Assembly (NCBI GenBank): GCA_964649515.1
Contig: CAZYPV010000007.1
Span: 1,248 to 65,247 of the forward strand
DNA length: 64,000 nucleotides
Source: an uncultured Comamonadaceae bacterium
Lineage (GTDB): Bacteria; Bacteroidota; Bacteroidia; Flavobacteriales_D; Sanyastnellaceae
Direction of reading: 5' to 3'
Shown: positions 17,394 to 30,007 of the stretch, in pieces
Layout of the letters: each line of letters opens with the position of its first letter
Numbering within the stretch: position 1 is the first letter of the stretch
Translations under genes and position numbers: made by a program
Notes under the pieces: generated by a model
What the model saw: the letters and a program-made list of their open reading frames with translations, nothing else
What the model was told of the DNA's origin: nothing
Databases searched by the model: none

Positions 17394-19685
17394 TCAAGAT
17401 ATGATTTTAAGTTTTGCGAACTTCAGTAAGAGTTGTTTCTGTCCTGCAGATGGGAAATACACCGTAGCTTTGTGATTGGGAACGGCTCCTTCAATCTTCA
17501 GTACTTTCCCTTTGCCAAACCGGGCGTGTTCTACTTCGGTCCCAACTTGTATTCCATTCAAATCAGCGCTGCTTGCTGTCCCTTGTAGATCGCCCACCTT
17601 CTTCATGTTTGGTTTCGGAGGAGTGTTTCCTTGCTGTGATCCACCCATGGGCTTGTAAAACTGTTGTCGGGCAGCGTCGAACCCACCTTTTCCCGCAAAG
17701 GGGTTGGCTTGTTTCGGAGTCACTTTGGGTAGGCTGAGAAAACGTTCGTCAATGTCTTCAAGAAAACGCGATGGTTCACACTGCGAAAGTTGCCCCCAAC
17801 GATATCGCGAAAGTGCATAACTCAGTGTTGCCCGTTTTTCAGCCCGGGTGATGGCCACGTAAAAGAGTCGACGTTCTTCTTCCAATTCACTTCTGGAACT
17901 CAAAGCGAGTTGCGACGGAAAGAGATTTTCTTCCATGCCGACTATATATACGTACGGAAATTCCAATCCTTTGGCTGCGTGAATGGTCATCATGCTCACT
18001 TTGTTGTCATCATCGTCCTCATTGTCGGCATCGGTGAGCAGAGCTACATCGACGAGGAAGTCTGGCAGCGTGTTGATTTTGTCGGGCTGATTGGGATCCA
18101 CTCGGTCCGAAAATTCTTTTATACCGTTGATCAACTCTTGAATGTTGTCGTAACGAGATATTCCTTCGGGAGTTTTGTCTGAATTCAGTTCGCGAACAAG
18201 TCCGGACTCCTGAGCAATGTGATCAGCAACGTCAAAGGCGTTTTTTTTGTTGATGACCGACTGAAAGCTCTGAATCATTAAAGAGAAAGCACCGATTTTG
18301 CTAATGGTCCCCTTGTTCAGTCCGGTGTTGTATGTATGCGGATGAGAAATGATTTCCCAAATGGGCTGGTCGTACTTATTACTCGCGATGAGGAGCTTTT
18401 CCATGGTGGTTTTGCCAATTCCTCTCGCCGGATAGTTGATGATGCGCTTCAAGGCTTCCTCATCATTGGGATTGGCGGTGAGTCGGAAATAGGCCAAAAG
18501 GTCTTTGATTTCTTTCCGCTGATAGAAAGAGAGTCCGCCATAAATGCGATACGGTACATTCAGTTTTCTCAAAGCCTCCTCAAAGGATCTGGATTGAGCG
18601 TTGGTTCGATAGAGAATCGCGAAGTCTTTGTTCGGCAGCTGCTTTTGGTTCTGAATCTCGAAAATATCATGAGCAACGAAGCTTCCTTCGTCATTGTCAG
18701 AATAAGCTCGATGAACACGGATCAAGTCACCTTGCACATTTTCGGTCCAAACAGACTTCTTGATTTGCTCGGTATTTTTATCAATGACGCTATTGGCGGC
18801 TTCTACGATAACTTTTGTTGATCGGTAGTTTTGCTCTAGCTTGTAGAGTGCATAGTCGGGATAGTCATTCCGAAAATTCAGGATGTTCTGAATGTTCGCT
18901 CCACGAAAGGCATAAATGGATTGCGCATCGTCTCCAACAACACAGATGTTTTGGCGAGCGGCGGCAAGTTGTTTTACGATGAGGTACTGAGCGAAGTTGG
19001 TATCCTGGTACTCATCCACCAAGATGTAGTGGAATTTGTTTTGATACTTATAAAGGAGATCGGCATGATCCCGCAAAAGAACATTGGTTTTGAACAGGAG
19101 GTCGTCAAAGTCCATCGCTCCTGAGCGAAAACAGCGCTTGACATATTCGGTGTAGATATCTACCAGACGCGGTCGCCCAGCTTGGCTATCTTCAGACATG
19201 ATTTCGGTATTCCTGCGATATGCTTCAGGGGAGATCAAGTTGTTTTTGGCGGCAGAAATCCGACCGAAGACCACTCCTGGTTTGTAGACCTTGTCGGAGA
19301 GGGACATCTCTTTAATGATATCCCGCAGTAAGTTTTTACTGTCTTGAGTGTCATAAATGGTGAAATTCCTTGGATAGTTAATCCTGTCTGCCTCCATGCG
19401 CAAGATTTTCGCAAAGATGGAGTGGAAGGTTCCCATCCAAATGTTTCTCGCTTCTTGGTCGCCCACCACCTTTCCAATACGTGCCTTCATTTCTCGGGCT
19501 GCCTTGTTGGTAAAGGTGAGGGCCAAAATATTGAACGGGTCAATCCCGTGATGCACCAAGTGAGCGATACGGTAAGTTAGCACTCTTGTTTTACCAGAGC
19601 CCGCTCCAGCGATGACCATCATTGGTCCCTCTGCATGAACTACGGCTTCGCGTTGTTCCTTATTTAATTCATTCAAATACTCCAC
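17394..19685 (-). CDS. uvrD: ATP-dependent DNA helicase UvrD/PcrA family
   Basis: 763 aa with a GTG start. Walker A AGAGSGKT and DEYQDTN are present. The C-terminus has a Tudor-like HARFGKGKV block. Confidence 0.93.
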   Translation of the reverse strand: MEYLNELNKEQREAVVHAEGPMMVIAGAGSGKTRVLTYRIAHLVHHGIDPFNILALTFTNKAAREMKARIGKVVGDQEARNIWMGTFHSIFAKILRMEADRINYPRNFTIYDTQDSKNLLRDIIKEMSLSDKVYKPGVVFGRISAAKNNLISPEAYRRNTEIMSEDSQAGRPRLVDIYTEYVKRCFRSGAMDFDDLLFKTNVLLRDHADLLYKYQNKFHYILVDEYQDTNFAQYLIVKQLAAARQNICVVGDDAQSIYAFRGANIQNILNFRNDYPDYALYKLEQNYRSTKVIVEAANSVIDKNTEQIKKSVWTENVQGDLIRVHRAYSDNDEGSFVAHDIFEIQNQKQLPNKDFAILYRTNAQSRSFEEALRKLNVPYRIYGGLSFYQRKEIKDLLAYFRLTANPNDEEALKRIINYPARGIGKTTMEKLLIASNKYDQPIWEIISHPHTYNTGLNKGTISKIGAFSLMIQSFQSVINKKNAFDVADHIAQESGLVRELNSDKTPEGISRYDNIQELINGIKEFSDRVDPNQPDKINTLPDFLVDVALLTDADNEDDDDNKVSMMTIHAAKGLEFPYVYIVGMEENLFPSQLALSSRSELEEERRLFYVAITRAEKRATLSYALSRYRWGQLSQCEPSRFLEDIDERFLSLPKVTPKQANPFAGKGGFDAARQQFYKPMGGSQQGNTPPKPNMKKVGDLQGTASSADLNGIQVGTEVEHARFGKGKVLKIEGAVPNHKATVYFPSAGQKQLLLKFAKLKIIS

Positions 19686-19689
19686 AATT

Positions 19690-19697
19690 CAAAGGTA
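19690..19697 (-). promoter_or_regulatory. candidate -7 promoter box (TACCTTTG), 4 nt from the uvrD GTG
   Basis: The minus strand reads TACCTTTG-aatt-GTG. Confidence 0.35.
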
Positions 19698-19850
19698 TAA
19701 AAGCCCGAAAAGGAATGCTGCTTTTGTTCATAAAAAGGAGGTGGGAATTTGTGAATGCACACAGAAGTGCTTTTTAACAAGGAAATGGGGGTAAAAATGG
19801 CCGAATATTAAATTGACGATGAAAATGTGAAATTAAAGTATTGAATGCTA

Positions 19851-19880
19851 TTGGATTTCAATTAAAATAATGTACATTTG
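19851..19880 (+). promoter_or_regulatory. candidate promoter of the ribosomal-protein supercluster (TTG-N19-TACATTTG)
   Basis: The -33-like TTG at 19851-19853 and the exact TAnnTTTG at 19873-19880 are 19 nt apart. The box lies 64 nt upstream of the rpsL ATG. Confidence 0.5.
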
Positions 19881-19944
19881 CACCCCTAAAAAAACTGGGA
19901 GAGCTCATTTGGGCTCTACGAAATTGATAAAGAGATAACGCAAT

Positions 19945-20325
19945 ATGCCTACTATTTCACAACTGGTTCGTAAAGGTAGAACCACCAAGATTAAGCCCAG
20001 CAAATCAGCGGCTTTGGACTCATGTCCGCAGCGTAGAGGGGTGTGTGTACGTGTTTACACAACGACTCCTAAGAAACCAAATTCAGCGATGCGTAAAGTA
20101 GCTCGTGTACGTTTAACAAACGGAAACGAAGTGAATGCTTACATCGGTGGTGAAGGTCACAACCTTCAGGAGCACAGTATCGTTTTGGTACGTGGTGGAA
20201 GAGTAAAGGATTTGCCAGGTGTGCGTTATCACATCGTGCGTGGTGCTCTCGATACTGCTGGTGTTGAAGGGCGTATGCAGAGAAGAAGTAAGTACGGAAC
20301 AAAAAGGCCTAAGGCTAAGAAATAA
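19945..20325 (+). CDS. rpsL: 30S ribosomal protein S12 (uS12)
   Basis: 126 aa with [12 protein letters not shown] and [16 protein letters not shown]. Confidence 0.98.
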   Translation: MPTISQLVRKGRTTKIKPSKSAALDSCPQRRGVCVRVYTTTPKKPNSAMRKVARVRLTNGNEVNAYIGGEGHNLQEHSIVLVRGGRVKDLPGVRYHIVRGALDTAGVEGRMQRRSKYGTKRPKAKK

Positions 20326-20349
20326 CCCTCCTAGTCCAATTCTACTATC

Positions 20350-20817
20350 ATGAGAAGGAAAAGAGCAAGAAAATTACCCCTGTTACCAGATCCACGCTTC
20401 AAGAGCGAGTTGGTAACCCAGTTCGTAAACAACTTAATGTTGGATGGGAAGAAAAACTTGGCTTACAAGATTTTTTACGAAGCAGTTGATCAGGTTTCCG
20501 AGAAGTCTGGAGAAGACGGTTTGGAAGTATGGAAGAAAGCGTTGAGCAACATCACCCCGGCGGTTGAAGTACGTAGCCGTCGAGTTGGTGGTGCAACTTT
20601 CCAGATTCCACAACAAATCCGTGATAGCCGCAAGGTTTCAATGGGGATGAAGTGGTTGATTGGTTTCTCGCGTAAGCGCAATGAAAAAACCATGGCCGAA
20701 CGTTTGGCAAATGAAATCATGGCGGCTTCAAGAGAAGAGGGAGCGACTTTCAAAAAGAAAGAAGATACGCACCGTATGGCCGAAGCAAACAAAGCATTTG
20801 CTCACTTTAGAATCTAA
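20350..20817 (+). CDS. rpsG: 30S ribosomal protein S7 (uS7)
   Basis: 155 aa with VRSRRVGGATFQIP. It follows rpsL. Confidence 0.97.
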   Translation: MRRKRARKLPLLPDPRFKSELVTQFVNNLMLDGKKNLAYKIFYEAVDQVSEKSGEDGLEVWKKALSNITPAVEVRSRRVGGATFQIPQQIRDSRKVSMGMKWLIGFSRKRNEKTMAERLANEIMAASREEGATFKKKEDTHRMAEANKAFAHFRI

Positions 20818-20840
20818 TTAAACGCTAAGACGACAATAAA

Positions 20841-22949
20841 ATGGCGAAAAGAGATTTAAGATACACAAGAAACATTGGTATCGCAGCCCACATCGATGCG
20901 GGTAAGACAACAACTACTGAGCGTATCCTTTACTACGCAGGTGTAAGTCACAAAATTGGTGAGGTTCACGATGGTGCCGCAACCATGGACTGGATGGAGC
21001 AAGAACAGGAGCGTGGTATTACCATTACTTCTGCAGCGACCACTGTATTCTGGAACTACCGAGGAGATCAGTTCCACGTGAATATTATTGATACTCCAGG
21101 ACACGTTGATTTTACCGTTGAGGTAAACCGTTCATTGCGTGTTCTTGATGGTTTGGTGTTCTTGTTTAGCGCCGTTGATGGTGTTGAGCCACAATCGGAA
21201 ACCAACTGGAGACTTGCAAACAACTACAACGTACCACGTATTGGGTTTGTGAACAAGATGGACCGTCAAGGTGCGGATTTCTTGAACGTTTGTCGTCAAG
21301 TAAAAGACATGTTGGGAAGCCATGCTTTGCCATTGCAGATTCCAATTGGTGCTGAAGATGATTTCAAAGGAGCGGTGGATTTGATTAACTTCCGTGGAAT
21401 TGTTTGGAATGACGAAGATCAAGGAATGACCTTCCAAGAAGTACCTATTCCAGACGATATCAAAGACGAAGCAATCATGTACCGTGAGCAATTGCTCGAG
21501 GCAGTGGCTGAGTTCGATGATACCTTGATGGAGAAATACTTTGAGGATCCAGAATCATTGACAGAGCGTGAAATTTTGGATGCTTTGCGTGAAGCTACCA
21601 TCGGAGGGAAAGTAGTGCCAATGATGTGTGGTTCTGCATTTAAAAACAAAGGTGTTCAAGCCATGTTGGATATGGTGATGGAAATTCTCCCGTCTCCAAT
21701 CGATACAGAAGCAATCCAAGGAACGCTGCCTGGGACTGAAGATCCTGCGTCTCGTAAGCCGTCTGTTGATGAGCCTTTCGCAGCTTTGGCATTTAAGATT
21801 GCTACCGACCCATTCGTAGGTCGTCTTTGCTTCACAAGAGCCTACTCAGGAAAATTGCCTGCAGGTTCTTATGTGTTGAATACAAGAACAGGAAAGAAAG
21901 AGCGTATTTCTCGTATCTATCAGATGCACGCTTCGAAACAAAATCCAATTGACGAATTGCACTGTGGAGACATTGCTGCATTGGTAGGATTTAAAGATAT
22001 TAAGACGGGTGATACCCTTTGTGATGAAAAGCACCCCATCGTGCTCGAATCAATGGACTTCCCAGATCCAGTAATTGGAGTAGCTGTTGAGCCAAAAACG
22101 CAAGCTGATGTTGATAAACTCGGTATGGCTTTGGCAAAATTGGCAGAAGAAGATCCAACCTTCCAAGTGAAAACCGACGAGGATTCAGGTCAAACAGTCA
22201 TCTCAGGAATGGGAGAGTTGCACTTGGACATTATCCTCGATCGTTTGAAGCGTGAGTTTAAGGTAGAATGTAACCAAGGTGCTCCTCAGGTTTCTTACAA
22301 AGAAGCCATCACAGGAAGCGTTGATCACCGTGAAACTTACAAGAAGCAATCAGGTGGTCGTGGTAAATTTGCCGATATCGTTGTGAAGATTTCACCAAAC
22401 GATGACAAAGAGAATCCAGGATTGGTATTCATCAACAGCATCAAAGGTGGTAACGTTCCACGTGAATACATTCCATCTGTTGAAAAAGGATTCAAGGATT
22501 CAATGACCAATGGTGTACTTGCTGGTTATCCAATGGATTCGATGACAGTAGAGTTGATTGATGGATCTTTCCACGCAGTCGATTCAGATTCGCTCTCATT
22601 CGAACTTGCAGCGAAAATGGCTTACCGTAATGCAGTGCCAAAAGCAGGAGCTGTTTTGATGGAGCCAATCATGAAGTTGGAAGTATTGACTCCAGAGGAA
22701 AACATGGGTGATATCGTAGGTGACTTGAACCGTCGTCGTGGTGTGATCAATGGAATGGATGATCGTGCAGGTTCAAAAGTAGTGAAGGCCTTCGTTCCTC
22801 TTTCTGAGATGTTCGGATACGTGACCGCTTTGAGAACCATGTCTTCAGGACGTGCAACTTCAACCATGGAGTTCGATCACTTCGAAGCAACACCAAAGAA
22901 CATTGCTGACGAAGTAATTGCAAAAGCTAAAGGAACTGTAGGCGCATAA
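20841..22949 (+). CDS. fusA: elongation factor G
   Basis: 702 aa with the GTPase motifs [17 protein letters not shown] and NKMD. Confidence 0.98.
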   Translation: MAKRDLRYTRNIGIAAHIDAGKTTTTERILYYAGVSHKIGEVHDGAATMDWMEQEQERGITITSAATTVFWNYRGDQFHVNIIDTPGHVDFTVEVNRSLRVLDGLVFLFSAVDGVEPQSETNWRLANNYNVPRIGFVNKMDRQGADFLNVCRQVKDMLGSHALPLQIPIGAEDDFKGAVDLINFRGIVWNDEDQGMTFQEVPIPDDIKDEAIMYREQLLEAVAEFDDTLMEKYFEDPESLTEREILDALREATIGGKVVPMMCGSAFKNKGVQAMLDMVMEILPSPIDTEAIQGTLPGTEDPASRKPSVDEPFAALAFKIATDPFVGRLCFTRAYSGKLPAGSYVLNTRTGKKERISRIYQMHASKQNPIDELHCGDIAALVGFKDIKTGDTLCDEKHPIVLESMDFPDPVIGVAVEPKTQADVDKLGMALAKLAEEDPTFQVKTDEDSGQTVISGMGELHLDIILDRLKREFKVECNQGAPQVSYKEAITGSVDHRETYKKQSGGRGKFADIVVKISPNDDKENPGLVFINSIKGGNVPREYIPSVEKGFKDSMTNGVLAGYPMDSMTVELIDGSFHAVDSDSLSFELAAKMAYRNAVPKAGAVLMEPIMKLEVLTPEENMGDIVGDLNRRRGVINGMDDRAGSKVVKAFVPLSEMFGYVTALRTMSSGRATSTMEFDHFEATPKNIADEVIAKAKGTVGA

Positions 22950-22960
22950 TTATAATTGAG

Positions 22961-23266
22961 ATGGCTCAAAAGATTAGAATCAAATTAAAATCATACGATC
23001 ACAACCTAGTGGATAAGTCTGCAGAGAAGATCGTTAAGACTGTAAAGTCAACAGGTGCAGTAATCAGTGGACCGATTCCATTGCCAACCCACCGCAGAAT
23101 TTATACCGTATTGCGTTCACCACACGTGAATAAAAAGTCGCGTGAACAGTTCGAGTTGAGCTCATACAAGCGTTTGCTTGATATCTACAGCTCATCCTCG
23201 AAAACAGTTGACGCACTCATGCGCTTGGAGCTTCCAAGTGGAGTAGAAGTTGAAATTAAAGTTTAA
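22961..23266 (+). CDS. rpsJ: 30S ribosomal protein S10 (uS10)
   Basis: 101 aa starting [14 protein letters not shown]. It lies 11 nt after fusA. Confidence 0.97.
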   Translation: MAQKIRIKLKSYDHNLVDKSAEKIVKTVKSTGAVISGPIPLPTHRRIYTVLRSPHVNKKSREQFELSSYKRLLDIYSSSSKTVDALMRLELPSGVEVEIKV

Positions 23267-23283
23267 TAATTAATCATACAGCA

Positions 23284-23904
23284 ATGCCTGGACTCATAGG
23301 GAGAAAAGTAGGTATGACCAGTATTTATAGTGCCGCTGGAAAAAATATTCCATGCACAATCATCGAGGCTGGTCCTTGTGTAGTTACACAAGTTAAAACC
23401 CTAGAGAAGGATGGTTACGAAGCAGTTCAATTGGGCTACGGAGATCGCAAAGAAAAGCGCACTTCACAAGCCATGAAAGGACACTTCAAAAAAGCCGGAA
23501 CATCTCCAAAAAGAAAGTTGGCTGAGTTTAAAGGTTTCGACCAAGAACTCGCCCTCGGTGATGAAGTTAAATTAGAAGACCTCTTCAAAGAAGGAGAATA
23601 TGTCTTCGTAGTAGGGAAGAGCAAAGGAAAAGGTTTCCAAGGTGTGGTGAAACGCCACGGATTTGGAGGTGTTGGACAATCTACCCACGGTCAGCACAAC
23701 CGTTTAAGAGCCCCAGGTTCTATCGGTGCGGCCTCATATCCTGCACGTGTATTCAAGGGAATGAGAATGGCTGGTCAAATGGGTAACGCCCGTGTGACAA
23801 TTGAAAACTTGGAGGTGTTGAAAGTAATGCCAGAAGAGGGATTGATCGTTATCAAAGGAGCTGTTCCAGGTCACAAAGGTTCAACCGTTCTAATCAGAAA
23901 GTAA
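23284..23904 (+). CDS. rplC: 50S ribosomal protein L3 (uL3)
   Basis: 206 aa with [10 protein letters not shown] and [14 protein letters not shown]. Confidence 0.97.
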   Translation: MPGLIGRKVGMTSIYSAAGKNIPCTIIEAGPCVVTQVKTLEKDGYEAVQLGYGDRKEKRTSQAMKGHFKKAGTSPKRKLAEFKGFDQELALGDEVKLEDLFKEGEYVFVVGKSKGKGFQGVVKRHGFGGVGQSTHGQHNRLRAPGSIGAASYPARVFKGMRMAGQMGNARVTIENLEVLKVMPEEGLIVIKGAVPGHKGSTVLIRK

Positions 23905-23905
23905 G

Positions 23906-24535
23906 ATGGAATTAGCTGTATATACTACCGACGGGAAGAAGACCTCAAAGAAGGTTACCCTAGACGATACTGTTTTCGGTATCGAGCCTAATGATCATGC
24001 GATCTATCTTGATGTGAAGCGCTACAACGCTGCACAACGTCAAGGAACTCATAAATCAAAAGAACGTGCAGAAATTGCAGGATCAACCCGCAAAATCAAG
24101 CGTCAAAAAGGAACAGGTACCGCGCGTGCTGGTAGCATCAAGTCTCCAGTAATGAGAGGTGGAGGTACTGTTTTCGGACCGCGTCCTCACAAATATGAGT
24201 TGAAGGTAAATAAGAAAGTGAAGCGTTTGGCTCGTATGTCTGCGCTCTCCTATAAGGCCAAAGCTGAAGGCATCATGGTTCTTGAAGACCTCAAGATGGC
24301 TGCAGTGAAGACACAAGACTTCGTTAAAGTTCTTGGCAATTTGAACCTCACAAGCAAAAAGACTTTGGTGGTTCTTCCAAGTGCTGATAACACCGTTTAC
24401 TTGTCGTCACGAAATGTACCAAAGTGCAAAGTGACAAGTGCCGCTATGTTGAACACGTATGAAATCATGGACAGCACAAACATCGTGTTTGTAAGCAATG
24501 CTCATGAAGTTATACAAGAAACCTTGAAGAAGTGA
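23906..24535 (+). CDS. rplD: 50S ribosomal protein L4 (uL4)
   Basis: 209 aa with KRQKGTGTARAGS. Position in the S10 cluster supports the call. Confidence 0.95.
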   Translation: MELAVYTTDGKKTSKKVTLDDTVFGIEPNDHAIYLDVKRYNAAQRQGTHKSKERAEIAGSTRKIKRQKGTGTARAGSIKSPVMRGGGTVFGPRPHKYELKVNKKVKRLARMSALSYKAKAEGIMVLEDLKMAAVKTQDFVKVLGNLNLTSKKTLVVLPSADNTVYLSSRNVPKCKVTSAAMLNTYEIMDSTNIVFVSNAHEVIQETLKK

Positions 24536-24828
24536 TGAGCAATATTTTAATCAAGCCGCTGATTACTGAAAAGATGAGTTCAGACAGCGAAGCAAACAAC
24601 AGATTTGGTTTCATTGTAGCTCGTGAAGCAAACAAAATTGAAATCCGTAAGGCTGTTGAAAGCAAGTACAATGTACAGGTAACTTCAGTTCGTACCATCA
24701 ATGTTGATGGAAAGAAGAAGAGTCGTTTTACCAAAACCGGAATGGTGACAGGAAGAACCAATGCGTTCAAGAAAGCGATTGTAAGTGTTGCCGACGGACA
24801 AACCATTGATTTTTACGATAACATTTAA
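24535..24828 (+). CDS. rplW: 50S ribosomal protein L23 (uL23)
   Basis: I prefer ATG 24535 ([13 protein letters not shown]), which gives a TGATG overlap with the rplD stop. The track starts at GTG 24532. Confidence 0.93.
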   Translation: MSNILIKPLITEKMSSDSEANNRFGFIVAREANKIEIRKAVESKYNVQVTSVRTINVDGKKKSRFTKTGMVTGRTNAFKKAIVSVADGQTIDFYDNI

Positions 24829-24833
24829 GAGAC

Positions 24834-25661
<828 letters not shown>

Positions 25662-25668
25662 TTAAGAC

Positions 25669-25950
25669 ATGGCTCGTTCACTTAAAAAACCACCATTCGT
25701 GCATTACAAGTTAATGCAAAGAGTAGAGGAATCTCAGGCTTCAGGAAAGAAGTCGGTGCTCAAGACTTGGTCTCGTTCTTCTACGATAACTCCTGATTTT
25801 GTTGGTCTCACCATCGGTGTGCACAATGGGAAGCAATTCATTCCTGTGTACGTAACTGAAAACATGGTAGGTCACAAACTTGGAGAGTTCTCACCAACTA
25901 GAAACTTCCGTGGACACGGGGGAAATAAAAAGGACAAAGGGAGACGCTAG
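25669..25950 (+). CDS. rpsS: 30S ribosomal protein S19 (uS19)
   Basis: 93 aa with [11 protein letters not shown] and [10 protein letters not shown]. Confidence 0.97.
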   Translation: MARSLKKPPFVHYKLMQRVEESQASGKKSVLKTWSRSSTITPDFVGLTIGVHNGKQFIPVYVTENMVGHKLGEFSPTRNFRGHGGNKKDKGRR

Positions 25951-25975
25951 TCTTCTGAATTAAAATTTGGAAACC

Positions 25976-26371
25976 ATGGGTGCCAGAAAAAGAATACAAG
26001 CGGAGAAGCGCAAAGAGGAACTGAAATCAGTTGCCATTGCTAAGCTGAACAATTGTCCTACTTCTCCTCGTAAAATGAGAATAGTAGCAGATACAATTCG
26101 CGGAAAGAAGGTGACAGACGCTTTGAATATTTTGAAGTTTAGCCGTAAGGAAGCTTCATTGAGATTGGAAAAGCTCTTGTTGTCTGCAATTGACAATTGG
26201 ACAAATAAAAACGAAGGCGAGCGTCTTGAAGATGCCAACCTGGTAGTAAGTGAGATCAAAGTTGACGGAGGTCGTATGTTGAAGAGAATTCAGCCTGCTC
26301 CTCAAGGACGCGCTCACAGAATTAGAAAAAGATCGAATCACGTAACGATTATCGTAGATAGCGCTAAATAA
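25976..26371 (+). CDS. rplV: 50S ribosomal protein L22 (uL22)
   Basis: The track ORF starts at TTG 25967. The first ATG at 25976 gives [13 protein letters not shown]. Position in the cluster supports the call. Confidence 0.93.
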   Translation: MGARKRIQAEKRKEELKSVAIAKLNNCPTSPRKMRIVADTIRGKKVTDALNILKFSRKEASLRLEKLLLSAIDNWTNKNEGERLEDANLVVSEIKVDGGRMLKRIQPAPQGRAHRIRKRSNHVTIIVDSAK

Positions 26372-26379
26372 TTACAAGA

Positions 26380-27099
26380 ATGGGACAAAAAACCAATCCA
26401 ATAGGGAATCGTTTAGGATTCATCAAAGGCTGGGAATCAAACTGGTACGGTGGAAAGAATTACACCGAGAAACTGGTTGAAGACGATAAAATTCGTCAGT
26501 ACCTGACAGCCCGTTTGCGTAAAGCGAGTGTTGCGAAAATCATTATTGAACGAACGTTGAAGTTGGTTACTGTAACCATCCAAACAGCTCGTCCAGGAGT
26601 GATCATCGGTAAAGGAGGAAGCGAAGTAGATAAGTTGAAAGAAGAGTTGAAGTCATTGACTGGAAAGGAAGTGCAAATCAACATCTTTGAGATCAAAAGA
26701 CCTGAGTTGGATGCACGTTTGGTTGCAGACAGTGTAGCTCGTCAGATTGAAGCTCGTATCTCCTTCCGTCGTGCAGCGAAGATGGCAGTAGCCGGAACCA
26801 TGAGAATGGGAGCTGAAGGAATCAAGATCATGGTATCTGGCCGTTTGAATGGGGCAGAGATGGCACGTTCTGAGATGTACAAAGATGGACGTATTCCATT
26901 GCACACCTTCAGAGCAGACATCGACTATGCCTTGAGCGAAGCGCACACAACATACGGGCGTATTGGAATTAAAGTTTGGATCTGCCGTGGCGAAGTTTAT
27001 GGTAAGCCAGATTTGACTCCAGACACAGAGAATAAAGATAAGCGTGGTGGTGGTAATAATGCCGGAGGTCAAGCTCCAAGACGTCGCCGTCGTAAATAA
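26380..27099 (+). CDS. rpsC: 30S ribosomal protein S3 (uS3)
   Basis: 239 aa with [13 protein letters not shown], a KH domain and a basic C-terminal tail. Confidence 0.97.
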   Translation: MGQKTNPIGNRLGFIKGWESNWYGGKNYTEKLVEDDKIRQYLTARLRKASVAKIIIERTLKLVTVTIQTARPGVIIGKGGSEVDKLKEELKSLTGKEVQINIFEIKRPELDARLVADSVARQIEARISFRRAAKMAVAGTMRMGAEGIKIMVSGRLNGAEMARSEMYKDGRIPLHTFRADIDYALSEAHTTYGRIGIKVWICRGEVYGKPDLTPDTENKDKRGGGNNAGGQAPRRRRRK

Positions 27100-27119
27100 T
27101 CAAGAAAAAGCAGTAAAAG

Positions 27120-27539
27120 ATGTTACAGCCAAAAAGAACCAAGTTCCGTAAAATGCAGAAGGGCCGTGTACGCGGTCTAGCTCAAAGAGGGTCTAGAATT
27201 GCCTTCGGTTCATTTGCGATTAAGACGACTGACATGGGTTTCATTACATCACGTCAAATCGAATCTGCTCGTGTTGCCATTACACGTTACATGAAACGTG
27301 AAGGTAAAGTATGGATTAGAATATTTCCGGACAAACCAATCACTTCTAAGCCTGCAGAGGTAAGGATGGGTAAAGGTAAGGGTGCTCCAAGTCATTGGGT
27401 TGCTCCAATCAAGCCGGGTAGAATTATGTTTGAAATTGACGGTGTACCGTTGGAAGTTGCTCAAGAGGCACTCCGATTGGGAGCGCAAAAGTTGCCAGTT
27501 CGTACGCGTTTTGTTGTACGTCCGGACTACGTCGAATAA
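27120..27539 (+). CDS. rplP: 50S ribosomal protein L16 (uL16)
   Basis: 139 aa starting [11 protein letters not shown]. Confidence 0.97.
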   Translation: MLQPKRTKFRKMQKGRVRGLAQRGSRIAFGSFAIKTTDMGFITSRQIESARVAITRYMKREGKVWIRIFPDKPITSKPAEVRMGKGKGAPSHWVAPIKPGRIMFEIDGVPLEVAQEALRLGAQKLPVRTRFVVRPDYVE

Positions 27540-27548
27540 TAGAGTATT

Positions 27549-27740
27549 ATGAAAGCGCAGGAAATAAAGCAATTATCCGACTCTGATCTACAGGAAAAAG
27601 TAGCAGAGCATCGTCAGGCATTGGCGGAGATGAAGTTCAATAACTCACTTGCTGGGTTAGAGAACCCAATGCAATTAAGAGATCACAAGAAAGTGATCGC
27701 AAGGTTATTGACAGAGCTTAACGCTCGTAAAAACGCCTAA
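27549..27740 (+). CDS. rpmC: 50S ribosomal protein L29 (uL29)
   Basis: 63 aa. Helical, with the expected position and size. Confidence 0.9.
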   Translation: MKAQEIKQLSDSDLQEKVAEHRQALAEMKFNNSLAGLENPMQLRDHKKVIARLLTELNARKNA

Positions 27741-27754
27741 AAAGGAATAAGGCA

Positions 27755-28015
27755 ATGGAAAATAAACGCAACCTTAGAAAAGAACGAATTGGTGTTGTGA
27801 CTTCCAATAAAATGGACAAGTCAATCGTCGTTAGTGTTGAACGTAAAGTGAAGCACGAGAAATACGGGAAATTCGTAAAAACGACCAACAAATTTGTAGC
27901 ACACGACGAAAAAGACGAGTGCAACATTGGTGATACCGTTCGTATTATGGAAACTCGTCCGCTCTCAAAGAGAAAATGCTGGAGATTGGTCGAGATCATC
28001 GAAAGAGCTAAGTAA
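27755..28015 (+). CDS. rpsQ: 30S ribosomal protein S17 (uS17)
   Basis: 86 aa with [14 protein letters not shown] and KYGKFVK. Confidence 0.95.
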   Translation: MENKRNLRKERIGVVTSNKMDKSIVVSVERKVKHEKYGKFVKTTNKFVAHDEKDECNIGDTVRIMETRPLSKRKCWRLVEIIERAK

Positions 28016-28044
28016 TCTTGTCCAACGAATAAAGGTTAAAAGAA

Positions 28045-28413
28045 ATGTTACAGCAAGAAAGCCGTATGAGAGTAGCAGATAACAGTGGAGCAAAAGAAGC
28101 TCTCTGTATCCGCGTCTTGGGAGGAACCAAGCGCCGCTACGCAAGTATTGGTGACAAGATTATTGTTACCGTAAAAGAAGCAACCCCGAACGGAAACGTG
28201 AAGAAAGGGACAGTATCAACTGCAGTTGTAGTGAGAACAAAAAAAGAGGTGCGTAGAGCTGATGGATCGTATATCCGTTTCGACGATAACGCAGTTGTTC
28301 TCTTGAATGCAGCCGGTGAAATGCGTGGTACTCGTATCTTTGGCCCAGTGGCAAGAGAGTTGCGTGAAAAAGACTTTATGAAGATTGTTTCACTTGCACC
28401 TGAGGTGCTTTAA
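28045..28413 (+). CDS. rplN: 50S ribosomal protein L14 (uL14)
   Basis: 122 aa starting [18 protein letters not shown]. Confidence 0.98.
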   Translation: MLQQESRMRVADNSGAKEALCIRVLGGTKRRYASIGDKIIVTVKEATPNGNVKKGTVSTAVVVRTKKEVRRADGSYIRFDDNAVVLLNAAGEMRGTRIFGPVARELREKDFMKIVSLAPEVL

Positions 28414-28425
28414 TTTATAAAGGCA

Positions 28426-28746
28426 ATGCACAAACGAGTAAAAGTACAAACAGGCGACCAAGTGAAAGTTCTTTCTGGAGAAGACAAAGGAAAGAATGGA
28501 AAGGTCTTGCGCGTTGATCGTAAAAACGACCGTGTTCTTGTGGAGGGAATCAATATGGTGACCAAGCACATGAAACCTAGCGCCAACAACCCACAAGGTG
28601 GAGTTGAAAAAAGAGAAGCGGCCATCCACATTTCAAACGTGATGGTTATTGATAATCAAGGAAACCCAACACGTGTTGGGAAGAGAAGAGCAGACAATGG
28701 TAAATTGGTGCGTTTCTCTAAAAAATCAAATGAGGAGCTTAAGTAA
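28426..28746 (+). CDS. rplX: 50S ribosomal protein L24 (uL24)
   Basis: 106 aa with a KOW-like [18 protein letters not shown]. Confidence 0.95.
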   Translation: MHKRVKVQTGDQVKVLSGEDKGKNGKVLRVDRKNDRVLVEGINMVTKHMKPSANNPQGGVEKREAAIHISNVMVIDNQGNPTRVGKRRADNGKLVRFSKKSNEELK

Positions 28747-29297
28747 TGAGTTACACACCAAGACTTCGCAAGCAGTACGACGATGAAATCGTTGGAGCTC
28801 TCAAATCAAAATTCGAGTACAAATCTGTTATGCAGGTTCCTCGAATTACCAAAATTTGCCTCAACCAAGGTTTGGGTAAAGCGGTAGCGGATAAAAAGAT
28901 GGTTGACAACGCAGTTGAAGAGATGACTGCAATCGCCGGTCAAAAAGCCATTGCTACTTTCTCTACAAAAGATGTCTCTAACTTCAAATTGCGTAAAGGC
29001 ATGCCAATCGGTTGCCGCGTGACTTTGAGAGACGAAAAAATGTACGAGTTTTTAGATCGATTAATCTCCGTATCTTTGCCGCGCGTTCGTGACTTCAGAG
29101 GAGTGAAAGCTTCCGGTTTTGACGGAAGAGGGAACTTTACTTTTGGAGTTAAAGAACAAATCATTTTTCCTGAAATCGACCTAGATAAAGTAAAACACTT
29201 TAATGGGATGGATATCACGATCGTTACTACGGCTACGACGGATGAAGAAGCGAAAGCATTGTTGAACGAGTTCGGTTTTCCGTTCACTAAAAAATAA
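28746..29297 (+). CDS. rplE: 50S ribosomal protein L5 (uL5)
   Basis: 183 aa. It has a TAATG overlap with rplX and the motif RDFRGV. Confidence 0.96.
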   Translation: MSYTPRLRKQYDDEIVGALKSKFEYKSVMQVPRITKICLNQGLGKAVADKKMVDNAVEEMTAIAGQKAIATFSTKDVSNFKLRKGMPIGCRVTLRDEKMYEFLDRLISVSLPRVRDFRGVKASGFDGRGNFTFGVKEQIIFPEIDLDKVKHFNGMDITIVTTATTDEEAKALLNEFGFPFTKK

Positions 29298-29305
29298 ACG
29301 CTACC

Positions 29306-29575
29306 ATGGCAAAAGAATCAATGAAAGCACGCGAGCGCAAGCGCCAAAAAATGGTAGCACGTTACGCTGAAAAAAGAAAGAGACTCAAAGAAGAAGAGGA
29401 TTGGGAAGGTTTGCAAAAACTACCTAAAAATTCTTCAGCAGTGCGCTTGCACAACAGATGTCAACTTACAGGTCGTCCACGTGGATACATGCGTCAATTC
29501 GGTATCTCTCGTGTGACTTTTAGAAAGATGGCATTGGCAGGTAAAATTCCAGGAGTTAAAAAAGCGAGCTGGTAA
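29306..29575 (+). CDS. rpsN: 30S ribosomal protein S14 (uS14), long zinc-free form
   Basis: 89 aa with [19 protein letters not shown] and a C-terminal KKASW. Confidence 0.95.
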   Translation: MAKESMKARERKRQKMVARYAEKRKRLKEEEDWEGLQKLPKNSSAVRLHNRCQLTGRPRGYMRQFGISRVTFRKMALAGKIPGVKKASW

Positions 29576-29596
29576 CCAGCCTTAAAAACAACAGCT

Positions 29597-29995
29597 ATGT
29601 ATAGTGATCCAATAGCAGATTATTTAACGCGTATCAGAAACGCGCAGGCCGCTCGTCATAAGGTAGTGGAAATTCCAGCTTCAAACTTGAAGAAGGAAAT
29701 CACCAAAATCCTTCACGAGAAAGGGTACATCTTGAACTACAAGTTCGTAGATAGCGAAGTACAAGGAGTGATCAAAATCGCCCTCAAGTACCATCCGAAA
29801 ACCAAAAAGCCAGCCATTTCTGAGCTGCAACGTGTGAGCAAACCAGGTTTGAGAAAATATTCAGGCGGAGATTCAATTCCAAGAGTATTGAACGGCCTTG
29901 GTATTTCAGTGATTTCAACTTCAAAAGGGTTGATGACAGATAAAGAAGCAAGAAAAGACAATGTAGGTGGTGAAATCATCTGCTACGTATATTAA
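29597..29995 (+). CDS. rpsH: 30S ribosomal protein S8 (uS8)
   Basis: 132 aa with [13 protein letters not shown]. Confidence 0.97.
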   Translation: MYSDPIADYLTRIRNAQAARHKVVEIPASNLKKEITKILHEKGYILNYKFVDSEVQGVIKIALKYHPKTKKPAISELQRVSKPGLRKYSGGDSIPRVLNGLGISVISTSKGLMTDKEARKDNVGGEIICYVY

Positions 29996-30007
29996 ACAAT
30001 ACATCGA

